From: an uncultured Aliarcobacter sp.
Lineage (GTDB): Bacteria > Campylobacterota > Campylobacteria > Campylobacterales > Arcobacteraceae
NCBI GenBank assembly: GCA_963664305.2
Contig: CAXXLV010000002.1
Coordinates: forward strand, 1,248,001 to 1,312,000
Length of the DNA: 64,000 nucleotides
Reading direction: 5' to 3'
The number at the start of each line of letters is the position of its first letter. Positions within the stretch are counted from its first letter, which is position 1. Of the stretch, positions 42,403 through 51,355 are shown piece by piece. Under the pieces are notes generated by a model. It did not search any database, had not been told where the DNA came from, and saw only the letters and a program-made list of their open reading frames with translations. The translations under genes and the position numbers were made by a program.

Positions 42403-43629
42403 ATGCAAAAATTATGGAATAAATTTGGAGATAACTTCTTTTCAAAAATAAAAATAGGAACACTTGAAGTAATCTATAAAGATGGAAATATCAAACTTTA
42501 TGGAGAAAAAAATGTTGCAGAAAAAATCACTTTAGAAATATATAACAATAGATTTTTTACAAGAGTTATGCTTTATGGAGATATTGGTTTTTGTGAGAGT
42601 TTTATAGATAAAGATTTTGAAACTTCAAATCTTACAAAACTATTAGAATTAGCACTTTTAAATGCACAATATCTTGGAACTACAAGTGAAAATGAAAAAA
42701 ATAAACTAATAAATCTAATGCCAATTTTTAATAAAATAAAACATAGTTTACGAAAAAACTCAAAAACAAATTCAAGAAAAAATATCTCAGCGCACTATGA
42801 TTTATCAAACGAGTTTTATAAACTGATGCTTGATGAAACTATGATGTATTCAAGTGCTGTTTTTTCACACAAAAATCAAGATTTATATGAAGCACAAAAA
42901 AATAAGTTAGAAAGACTCTCATCAAAACTAAATCTAAAAGAGGGTTCAAAAGTCTTAGAAATTGGTTCAGGTTGGGGAGCTATGGCACTTCATTTGGCAA
43001 ATGATAAAGGTTGTGATGTTACAACTATAACTTTAAGTGTTGAGCAAAAAAAGCTTTGCGAGAATAGATTTAAAGAGCATAATGTAGAAGATAAAATCGA
43101 TATTTTACTAAAAGATTATAGAGATTTAAACGGAAAATTTGATGCAATTATTGCTGTTGAGATGTTTGAAGCAGTTGGTCGTGAATATTTTCATATCTTC
43201 TTTAAAAAGTGCCAAGAGTTACTAAAGCCAAACGGTGTTTTAGTCCTTCAAGTAATCACAATGCCAGACCAAAGGTATGAAGCATACTCTAAAGGCACTG
43301 ATTTTATACAAAAATATATCTTTCCAGGAGGTCATCTTCCAAGTATCTCTAAAATCCTTGAAGTAACCTCAAAACATACAAGGTTAAATCTAAATCATCT
43401 TGAAGAGTTCACAGAAGATTATGCAAAAACTCTGAATATTTGGCATGAGAATTTTGAAAAAAAATTGGAAGATGTTAAAAAATTAGGTTTTGATGAATAT
43501 TTTATACGAATGTGGAAAATGTACCTAAACTATTGTGAAGCTGCATTTTTAACAAGAAATATAAATCTTCATCAATTAGTTTTTACAAGAGACCAAAATA
43601 TAGATTTAAATAAAGGATTAATCGCATGA
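42403..43629 (+). CDS. cfa: Cyclopropane-fatty-acyl-phospholipid synthase family methyltransferase (UfaM-like)
   Basis: NISAHYDLSN, LEIGSGWG, FIQKYIFPGG. Confidence 0.88.
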   Translation: MQKLWNKFGDNFFSKIKIGTLEVIYKDGNIKLYGEKNVAEKITLEIYNNRFFTRVMLYGDIGFCESFIDKDFETSNLTKLLELALLNAQYLGTTSENEKNKLINLMPIFNKIKHSLRKNSKTNSRKNISAHYDLSNEFYKLMLDETMMYSSAVFSHKNQDLYEAQKNKLERLSSKLNLKEGSKVLEIGSGWGAMALHLANDKGCDVTTITLSVEQKKLCENRFKEHNVEDKIDILLKDYRDLNGKFDAIIAVEMFEAVGREYFHIFFKKCQELLKPNGVLVLQVITMPDQRYEAYSKGTDFIQKYIFPGGHLPSISKILEVTSKHTRLNLNHLEEFTEDYAKTLNIWHENFEKKLEDVKKLGFDEYFIRMWKMYLNYCEAAFLTRNINLHQLVFTRDQNIDLNKGLIA

Positions 43630-44153
43630 AAAATTTAATATTTATTTTTTTAGCAACAATTTTATTTACAGGATGTACGGGCATGAAAATAGAAGATTTT
43701 AACAACACAAAACCAGAGTTTATTCCACAAAATTATTTTAATGGAAAACTAAGAGCCTATGGAATCGTAAAAGATAGAAGTGGAAAAATAACAAGAACAT
43801 TCAAAGGAACAATGGTTGGTTCTTGGGATAAAAACGGTATTGGAACACTTGATGAATATTTTGTTTATAATGACGGTGAAGAGATGAAAAGAGTTTGGAC
43901 TCTGAAACCAACTGAAAATAAAAAATTTATAGCAACTGCAAATGATATAATAGGTGATAGTCCAATGATAGCAAATGGAAATACAGTAATGCTAGATTAT
44001 GTTATGAGAGTTCCTTATAAAGGTTCAACTATTGATTTGAGTGTTCAAGATTGGCTTCATTTACAAGATGATGGAGTTATTATAAATCACTCAAAAATGA
44101 AAAAATTTGGTTTTGTTGTTGGAGAACTTGTAATTACTATAATTAAGGATTAA
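43626..44153 (+). CDS. DUF3833 lipoprotein
   Basis: Lipobox FTGC; YFNG...DRSG...DW...MKKFG. Confidence 0.85.
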   Translation: MKNLIFIFLATILFTGCTGMKIEDFNNTKPEFIPQNYFNGKLRAYGIVKDRSGKITRTFKGTMVGSWDKNGIGTLDEYFVYNDGEEMKRVWTLKPTENKKFIATANDIIGDSPMIANGNTVMLDYVMRVPYKGSTIDLSVQDWLHLQDDGVIINHSKMKKFGFVVGELVITIIKD

Positions 44154-44155
44154 AA

Positions 44156-45217
44156 ATGGCTTGTAAATGCAAAGATATATTTTATATAAGTGAAAAGAAA
44201 AGTAAAATTCACTTCATAACTCAAATAACAGAGTTAGTAATTAAATCTTCAAATCTTTTAAAAACTTTAGGATTTGAAACTTCAAAAATAGATGGAATTA
44301 TAACTATCGAAGGAGAAAATCCAAAACTTTTTTTTGAAGAGAATTTTGACTTTTTTAACATAAATTTTAATGATTTAGAAAAAGATGAAATTAAGATTTT
44401 TATAGAAAATGAAGATAATCAACTCTCACTTGGAACTATATTTTTTGCAAAGCCATTAAATAGATATTTACATTTTATAGAAGATAGAAACTTCTTTGAT
44501 ATTATTGAAAATAGTAGTTTAACAGCCCATTTTCAACCAATAGTTGATATACAAACAAATGAAATTTTTGCTTATGAAGCTCTAACTCGTGGTGTTTTGC
44601 CAAATGGTGAACTTATGTATCCTGATGTTTTATTTTCAAAATCAACACGAAATGATATGAACTTTACTCTTGATAGAATGTGTAGAGAAATAGCTCTTAA
44701 AACAACAGCAGTAAAAAAAATTGATGCAAAGGTTTTTATAAACTTTATTCCAACTTCTATTTATGACCCAGAATTTTGCCTAGCATCTACTGTAAAGTGG
44801 GCAAAACAATTAGACTTTGACCCAAAAAACATAGTTTTTGAAGTAGTTGAAACACAAAATGTAAAAGATAAAGAACACTTAAAAACTATTCTAAATTTTT
44901 ATAGAGATAAAGGTTTTTTAATTGCTTTAGATGATGTGGGAGAAGGTTATTCATCTTTAAACATGATTATTGATATAAAACCAGACATCATAAAAGTTGA
45001 TAGAAATATAATAGAAAATATCGATAGAGATACTATGAAACAATCAATTTATAAGGCTTTGAGAACAATTTGTATTGATAACAATATCAAAATCTTAGCT
45101 GAGGGTGTTGAAACTCCTTATGAACTTGAAAAGGTAAAAGAGATAGGTGTTGATTATGCACAAGGTTATTATTTTGCAAAACCTAGTGCGGAGATTGTTA
45201 GAAAAGTACATTTATAA
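44156..45217 (+). CDS. EAL-domain c-di-GMP phosphodiesterase
   Basis: FQPI, YEAL, FINF, ALDDVGEGYSSL, AEGVET, QGY. Confidence 0.9.
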   Translation: MACKCKDIFYISEKKSKIHFITQITELVIKSSNLLKTLGFETSKIDGIITIEGENPKLFFEENFDFFNINFNDLEKDEIKIFIENEDNQLSLGTIFFAKPLNRYLHFIEDRNFFDIIENSSLTAHFQPIVDIQTNEIFAYEALTRGVLPNGELMYPDVLFSKSTRNDMNFTLDRMCREIALKTTAVKKIDAKVFINFIPTSIYDPEFCLASTVKWAKQLDFDPKNIVFEVVETQNVKDKEHLKTILNFYRDKGFLIALDDVGEGYSSLNMIIDIKPDIIKVDRNIIENIDRDTMKQSIYKALRTICIDNNIKILAEGVETPYELEKVKEIGVDYAQGYYFAKPSAEIVRKVHL

Positions 45218-45237
45218 TGAAAGTATTTATACTTTTC

Positions 45238-45269
45238 TTCGTTCCCAAGCTCCAGCTTGGGAATGCATA
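45238..45269 (+). repeat. REP hairpin, left
   Basis: TTCCCAAGCT-CC-AGCTTGGGAA stem; 27/32 identical to the reverse complement of 45846-45877. Confidence 0.85.
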
Positions 45270-45281
45270 CTAAAATCAAAA

Positions 45282-45815
45282 CTAAAACAATCTCTCAACA
45301 TCAATCAAACCTTTTACATCTTCATAATCCCTTGCACTTGAATATCTCCAATGTTTTGCAACATCAACATATCCTCTTTTTACTGGATTTTGATGAATAT
45401 AGTTTATAGTTTCTATCATCATTTTTTCATCTTTTATAAGTTTTGGTTGAAATCCTTCTTGCCAAAGTTGATAAGTTGTTTGCATTTTATGTACTTTTTT
45501 ATAAAAAGCCAATTGTTCTAGTATAGTTTTTACATTTTTAATTTGAAGATATTTTAGTATCTCTTTTGCAGTAAATGATTTAAATTTTTTAATTGTTTTT
45601 GAAAAATCTTCACTTGACACAATCATATGAAGATGATTTTCAAGGATTACATAGGCATATATTTTTAGGTTATCTTCTTTTTGAAGAAATTTTAAACTAT
45701 CAAATATAATATTGGTTGTTTCAGTTCTTGTAAATATTGGTATCCAGTGTAAAATAGTACAAGTTATAAAATGCGGATATGTTGGTTCATATATTTTATA
45801 TCTACTTCTGCCCAT
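45282..45815 (-). CDS. REP-associated tyrosine transposase (RAYT, IS200/Y1 HUH family)
   Basis: HFIT, AYVILENHLH (HUH), FKSFTA, LWQ, YIHQNPVKRG..WRYSSA. Confidence 0.9.
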   Translation of the reverse strand: MGRSRYKIYEPTYPHFITCTILHWIPIFTRTETTNIIFDSLKFLQKEDNLKIYAYVILENHLHMIVSSEDFSKTIKKFKSFTAKEILKYLQIKNVKTILEQLAFYKKVHKMQTTYQLWQEGFQPKLIKDEKMMIETINYIHQNPVKRGYVDVAKHWRYSSARDYEDVKGLIDVERLF

Positions 45816-45835
45816 TTTTGTTTCTTCTTTTTTAT

Positions 45836-46258
45836 TTAGTTTTTATATGCATTCCCAACGTGGACGTTGGGAACGAGGAAAGCACTATACATTTGGTTTG
45901 TATATCCACCTTGGAACATAAGAACATCAATAGCAATATCACTTATTCCATCTGTTCCTCTAAATGAAATAGTTGTATTTCCATCTTTATCTTTTAAAAG
46001 CATTGCTTGAATATCATTTAATCCAGCAAAAGAAGTTGGAATATTTTTAAAATCAATGATTGTATAATTTCTTAATAAATCAATAATTGCTTCATCACGA
46101 TTATCATCAATACCAGTTGTATCTTTGTTATTATTTGTAAGAAAGTTAGTGATATTCTCTAAGGAATAAGGTTTATTCTCAAAATATTTATTCTCAAGTT
46201 TTAAATATGCCAACTCTGATAATAATGCTGTATCCAGTATTTTATTTGTTAATTCCAT
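45836..46258 (-). pseudogene. Truncated lipase-like (alpha/beta hydrolase) N-terminus, probable T1SS substrate remnant
   Basis: ALLSELAY...ISFRGTD...D motifs; the frame runs into the REP before any GxSxG nucleophile motif. Confidence 0.7.
45846..45877 (-). repeat. REP hairpin, right
   Basis: TTCCCAACGT-GG-ACGTTGGGAA stem with compensatory changes relative to the left REP. Confidence 0.85.
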
Positions 46259-46268
46259 CTTAATTCTC

Positions 46269-47021
46269 CTATAAATAATTAATTTTTAAAATTTTTTCTT
46301 TTATTACACTGCTTTTAATTTGACTTATATTAAAAGGTATACCATTTCCACTAACCCATAATAAATACTTATTTCGGAATTTATTTTCATCTTTATTGTA
46401 AAAACTTGCCAATAAATCTTTGGCTAATACTTTATTTGTCTTATTATCTATCAATAAATATTCATTAATGGAATATAAATCAAAGAAATAATTTTCTTTT
46501 TTTTCTTCAATCTTATATCTAGCACTTCCATTTTCTATATATTCAAATTGTGGCTTTATATCATCAAACCTAACTCTTAATTTTTTATCTACACTTTTTT
46601 CTTTTTTAAATGCACCATCATCAAAATCAGTTTTCTTTATAAAATCATTAATTTTAAATTGCTCTATAAAAAAATCCTTGAAAAAAATAGATTTTCTTAA
46701 ATCTAAATGATTTAAGAAATATGTAATAGTCCAACTATTTTGACTAAGTTCAGTTATATCCAAACTCTCAATCTTCCCCTCTGCATCAACTTCAGGATAA
46801 GCATATATTTCACCTTCCATCTTAAAAGCTTGATAATATGTTTTAACACTTTTTTGAATAATCAAATCCCAAAAAGGTGCTAATAAAACTACTATAAAAA
46901 CTATTTTTCCTATATGTCTATATTTATCTTTAAAAAATTTATATGCTAAATATCCAATAAACCACGCAAATAATAAATAAACTACATTTACTATAATTAC
47001 AAGTAAGCCCCACGTTAACAT
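46269..47021 (-). CDS. Hypothetical protein with two N-terminal TM helices
   Basis: AAGGA SD; lies between hlyD remnant and lipase-like gene. Confidence 0.7.
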   Translation of the reverse strand: MLTWGLLVIIVNVVYLLFAWFIGYLAYKFFKDKYRHIGKIVFIVVLLAPFWDLIIQKSVKTYYQAFKMEGEIYAYPEVDAEGKIESLDITELSQNSWTITYFLNHLDLRKSIFFKDFFIEQFKINDFIKKTDFDDGAFKKEKSVDKKLRVRFDDIKPQFEYIENGSARYKIEEKKENYFFDLYSINEYLLIDNKTNKVLAKDLLASFYNKDENKFRNKYLLWVSGNGIPFNISQIKSSVIKEKILKINYL

Positions 47022-47064
47022 TCAATTTCCTTTTTTAATTTAATTTTTATTTTATCTTTTCTCA

Positions 47065-47795
47065 TCACCTAACACTCAACCCCTCATCCAAATACTGAAT
47101 AATTGGATAGATAAAAAACTCTATTACTCTTCTTTTTCCTACTTTTATTTCTGCTGTTACACTCATACCTGCTTCTAGGTATCTTTCCTTTCCTTCTACA
47201 TTTAAAGTTTTCCCATTTGGTTCTATTTTTACTTCATAAACGGGTCCTAATTTTTCATCATCTATAGAAAAGTTTCCTACATTAATTATTTTTCCTTCAA
47301 AAAATCCATATTTTTGAAAAGAGAAAGTATCTATTTTGATTTTAGAATTCATATCTTTTTTTATAAATCCTATATCTTGATTTAGTACATTTACTTTTAC
47401 TATTAATGGTGAATCTTTTGGAACGATTGAAATTAGTTTTTCAGCTGGAGTTACAGCACCACCAATTGTATTTATCATAAGTTTTGCAACATATCCATCT
47501 GTTGGTGATACAATAGATTGTTTTTGATTTTGGAATTTTATTGCGTTTATTTCTGATTGAAGGTTTCTTGCTTCTTTTTGTATAGTTTGAAGTTCTTGAT
47601 ATTTTGTATCTTTAAACTGGCTAATAAAACTATTTTTTTCTTCTTTTGTTTCTATTATTTTTTTATTTGCTTCTTCTACTTTATATGAAGCCATATTTAT
47701 CTGCTCTTTTAGATTTAGTATCTCTTTTTGTAACTCTTCATAATCTTTTTTAGCGATTATATTTAAACTCATAAATATCATCTGCCTTTATTCAT
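47065..47795 (-). pseudogene. HlyD-family T1SS adaptor, internally deleted
   Basis: C-terminal half intact (IVSPTDG, DIGFI, GMSVTAEIKVGKRRVIEFF). No TM segment. An N-terminal-like DDIYEFK is present out of frame at ~47764-47784. Confidence 0.75.
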
Positions 47796-47803
47796 AATAT
47801 TTT

Positions 47804-47837
47804 AAATTATAACAAACAAATGACTTTCAAATGACTC
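47804..47837 (-). promoter_or_regulatory. GAGTCATTT tandem repeat plus TGnTATAAT -10
   Basis: 28/34 identical to 6257-6290. Confidence 0.55.
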
Positions 47838-47841
47838 AATT

Positions 47842-47883
47842 TACAAAATTATCCTACAAAATAATTTAAAACTATTATAAAGT
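47842..47883 (+). promoter_or_regulatory. TACAAA-N7-TACAAA-N17-TAAAGT promoter/operator
   Basis: Shared motif upstream of the photolyase. Confidence 0.6.
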
Positions 47884-47889
47884 TATAAT

Positions 47890-49284
47890 ATGAAAACATT
47901 TATCCTTTACCCAAACCAACTGTTTAAAAACCTATCAAATTTTCCAAACAAAAAAATACTTCTAATAGAAGAACCACTATTTTTTACCCAATACAATTTT
48001 CATATTCAAAAACTAGTTCTTCATAGAGCTAGTATGAAATTTTATGAGAATTATTTAAAAGAGAATAATGTTTTAGTTGAATATTTTGAAGATGAAAGTT
48101 ATCTTGAACTTTATAAAGATGAAGAGGTTTTTGTGTATGAACTTTTTGATAATTATTTAGAAAAAAAGGTTTATAAAAACTTTTCAAACATCAAAACTAT
48201 AAAAAATCCAAACTTTATAAATCCAAATGATAATAATAAATTTCTTCATAAATTTTATATAAATAGAAGAAAAGAGTTAGACATTTTTATGGAAAATGGC
48301 AAACCTCTTTTTGATAAATATAGCTTTGATGAAGAAAACAGAAAAAAACTTCCAAAAGAGATAAAAATTCCCCCTACTCTATCTTTTGAAAATAGATTTG
48401 TAAAAGAAGCTAAAGAATATTGTAAAAAATTTAAAAGTGTAGGTAGTTGTGAAAACTTTTATTATCCAACTACATTTGATGAAGCTACTATCCAACTAAA
48501 CTATTTTTTAAAAGAAAAATTTGAAAATTTTGGAACATACCAAGATGCAATAACAAAAGATACAAAAGAGCATTTTTTGTTTCACTCAAACATCTCAAGT
48601 AGTTTAAATATTGGTTTGATTGACTTACATGAATTAATAGAAAAAATAGTAAATTTTGATGCGCCTTACAATGCTAAAGAAGGCTTTATACGACAGATTA
48701 TTGGTTGGCGTGAATTTATGCTAAAAATCTATCAAAGTAGTGGTACAAATCTTCGAAATTCAAATTTCTTTGAGTTTACAAATCCTATGCCACAAAAGAT
48801 AATTGAAGCCAAAAGTGGAATAAAAATCCTTGATGATACAATCAAAAAGCTTGAACTCACTTCTTATAATCATCATATTGAAAGGCTTATGATTTTAGGA
48901 AATATCTTTTTATTACTCGAAATCAAACCAAATGAAGTTTACGAATTTTTTATGAAAAATTATATTGATGCTTATGATTGGGTGATGGTTGGGAATGTTT
49001 ATGGAATGAGTCAATTTAGTGATGGAGGAAGTATAACTACAAAACCATATATTGCTAGTTCCAACTATCTTTTAAAAATGAGTGATTATGACAAAAATGA
49101 ATCTTGGTGTAAGATTTTAGATGCACTTTACTGGAGATTTTTATATAAATATTCATATAAATTTTCCACAAATCCTCGAATGAAAATGCAAATAGCACTT
49201 TTAAACAAAATGCCAAAAGAAAAACTAGAAACTCATCTAAAAATAGCTAATGATTTTTTAGAAATACTTTTTATTTCAAATTGA
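47890..49284 (+). CDS. Bacterial (6-4) photolyase/cryptochrome-like protein (PhrB/CryB-related)
   Basis: HIQKLVLHRASM, FGTYQDA, EGFIRQIIGWREF, YNHHIERLM, DAYDWV..NV.GM..FSDGG..TTKPY. Confidence 0.88.
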   Translation: MKTFILYPNQLFKNLSNFPNKKILLIEEPLFFTQYNFHIQKLVLHRASMKFYENYLKENNVLVEYFEDESYLELYKDEEVFVYELFDNYLEKKVYKNFSNIKTIKNPNFINPNDNNKFLHKFYINRRKELDIFMENGKPLFDKYSFDEENRKKLPKEIKIPPTLSFENRFVKEAKEYCKKFKSVGSCENFYYPTTFDEATIQLNYFLKEKFENFGTYQDAITKDTKEHFLFHSNISSSLNIGLIDLHELIEKIVNFDAPYNAKEGFIRQIIGWREFMLKIYQSSGTNLRNSNFFEFTNPMPQKIIEAKSGIKILDDTIKKLELTSYNHHIERLMILGNIFLLLEIKPNEVYEFFMKNYIDAYDWVMVGNVYGMSQFSDGGSITTKPYIASSNYLLKMSDYDKNESWCKILDALYWRFLYKYSYKFSTNPRMKMQIALLNKMPKEKLETHLKIANDFLEILFISN

Positions 49285-49327
49285 CATATTTTCAAAGAGA
49301 ACTTTTAGATTTTTATAAAATACAAAA

Positions 49328-50563
49328 ATGAAAACAGATATTTATGAAAAAATGGAAATCCTAGCAAATAGTGCTAAATATGATGTTTCTTGTAGTTCAA
49401 GTGGAGTTGAAACAAGCTTCAAAAAAGGAGAATTAGGAGCAACTCACACAAGTGGAATTTGCCACACTTTCACACCTGATGGAAGATGTGTATCACTTCT
49501 AAAAGTATTACTTACAAATATTTGCATTTATGATTGTGCATATTGTATAAATCGTATTTCAAATGATATTCCAAGAGCAGTTTTTAGTCCTAGAGAACTT
49601 GCAGACATCACAATAAATTTTTACAAAAGAAACTACATAGAAGGTCTTTTTTTGAGCTCTGGAATTGTAAAAAATGAAGACCACACAATGACTTTGGTTT
49701 TAAAAGCTTTAAAGATTTTACGATATGAATATAGATTTAATGGTTATATTCATGTAAAATTAATCCCTGGAAGTAGTATGGAATTAGTTGAGCAGATTGT
49801 AAAACTAGCAAATAGAGTAAGTTCAAATATCGAACTTCCAAGTGATAAATCATTAAAACTTTTAGCTCCAAATAAAACAAAAGAAAAAGTTTTGCAACCA
49901 CTAAAATTTGCAAGGGATTTAAGTCTTGCAAAAGAGCAAAAACCAATAGGAATGAGTACGCAACTAATAGTTGGGGCAACACCTGAAAGCGATAGAGATA
50001 TTTTAAAACTTAGCTCCGCTTTATACGATAAAGCACTTTTAAAAAGAGTTTATTATAGTGCTTATATTCCTGTAAACAATGACAAAAATCTTCCCTCAGT
50101 TGTGACAAAACCACCACTTTTAAGAGAACATAGACTTTATCAAGCTGATTGGTTGTTAAGATTTTATGATTTTTCTTGGGATGAAATAGTTACAGATGAG
50201 TTTCCAAATTTAGATGAAGAACTTGACCCAAAAACATTTTGGGCATTAAACAACCTAAAATATTTTCCTATGGAAATAAACACTGCTTCAAAAGAGGAAC
50301 TTCTTAGAATTCCAGGAATTGGAGCAAGAGGTGTGATGAAGATATTAAGTGCTAGAAGATTTAAAAGACTCACTTTTGATGATTTAAAAAAATTAAAAAT
50401 ATCAATCAAAAAAGCAAAATATTTTATCACTTGCAATAAAGAATTTCAAAGGCAAGTTCCATTTTATAGAGAAAGTCTAAAACTTGCACTTACTAAACCT
50501 GAACCAAAAAAACTAATACAACCCTCACTTTTTGATATTAGTTCACTTACAGGTGAATTATGA
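49328..50563 (+). CDS. Putative DNA modification/repair radical SAM protein (TIGR03916-like) with HhH
   Basis: AKYDVSCSS, CIYDCAYC, REHRLYQADWL, LLRIPGIG. Confidence 0.9.
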   Translation: MKTDIYEKMEILANSAKYDVSCSSSGVETSFKKGELGATHTSGICHTFTPDGRCVSLLKVLLTNICIYDCAYCINRISNDIPRAVFSPRELADITINFYKRNYIEGLFLSSGIVKNEDHTMTLVLKALKILRYEYRFNGYIHVKLIPGSSMELVEQIVKLANRVSSNIELPSDKSLKLLAPNKTKEKVLQPLKFARDLSLAKEQKPIGMSTQLIVGATPESDRDILKLSSALYDKALLKRVYYSAYIPVNNDKNLPSVVTKPPLLREHRLYQADWLLRFYDFSWDEIVTDEFPNLDEELDPKTFWALNNLKYFPMEINTASKEELLRIPGIGARGVMKILSARRFKRLTFDDLKKLKISIKKAKYFITCNKEFQRQVPFYRESLKLALTKPEPKKLIQPSLFDISSLTGEL

Positions 50564-51291
50564 TTTTAGTTTATGATGGAAGTTTTGAGGGATTTTTGAC
50601 TTTAGTTTATGAAGTTTATTATGAAAAATTAAAACCTACAAAAATTTATAAAACTCTTCCAAATGAGATAATTTTTGATGAAATTTTAGAACTAATTACA
50701 TCAAAAGAAAAATATGAAAAAGTTTTTAATGCACTAAAAGTAAAGTTCCCAAAAGATTGTTTTGAAAAGATATTAAACATTTATATGTGTGATTCAAAGA
50801 AGTTTGAAATGGCTCTTTTAGAGTATATTATCATTGGATTTAAAGATTCTAAACAACTATACAATATAAATAATTCTTGCGTTTTTTATCTAAATTCACT
50901 TGAAAAAGAGTTATTTAGACTAGTTCATAAAATGTATGCTTTTATTAGATTTGAAGAGCTTGAAGATGGAACTTTATATGGAAAAATTGAATCAAAATTT
51001 AATGTAGTATATTTTTTAGGAAAACACTTTTTAAAAAGATTTAATAATCAAAATTTCATAATCCATGACCTAAATAGAAAGTTAGCTTTTGTAAAAATAG
51101 ATGAAGAGTTTTCTATACAAGAAGTTGCTTATTTTGATGAACCAACCTATTCCTCAAATGAAGAAAAATTCCAAAAGCTTTGGAAAAGTTTTTTTAAAGG
51201 AGTTACAATAAAAGAGAGAATAAATCTAAAACTACAACAAAACTTAGTCCCACTTGTCTATAGAACATATATGAGTGAATTTTTCGATTAA
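50560..51291 (+). CDS. TIGR03915/DUF4130 putative DNA repair protein
   Basis: YDGSFEGFL, HKMYAFIRF, HF..RF, LW..FF..ER.N; usual partner of the radical SAM gene. Confidence 0.88.
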   Translation: MILVYDGSFEGFLTLVYEVYYEKLKPTKIYKTLPNEIIFDEILELITSKEKYEKVFNALKVKFPKDCFEKILNIYMCDSKKFEMALLEYIIIGFKDSKQLYNINNSCVFYLNSLEKELFRLVHKMYAFIRFEELEDGTLYGKIESKFNVVYFLGKHFLKRFNNQNFIIHDLNRKLAFVKIDEEFSIQEVAYFDEPTYSSNEEKFQKLWKSFFKGVTIKERINLKLQQNLVPLVYRTYMSEFFD

Positions 51292-51355
51292 AAAACATAA
51301 AAACCATATCAAAAAAACATCTTTTTTTATATACTAAAATAAAAAAGGATTTTTT

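Larger units (their letters stand above)
45238..45877. mobile_element. REP-RAYT-REP unit
   Basis: Y1 HUH transposase flanked by inverted 32-bp hairpin REPs. Confidence 0.8.

Noticed and set aside
45282..45815. IS200/IS605 element with TnpB
   Set aside because: No TnpB ORF is present; the NPV..G..W.YSS tail and flanking inverted hairpins fit RAYT.
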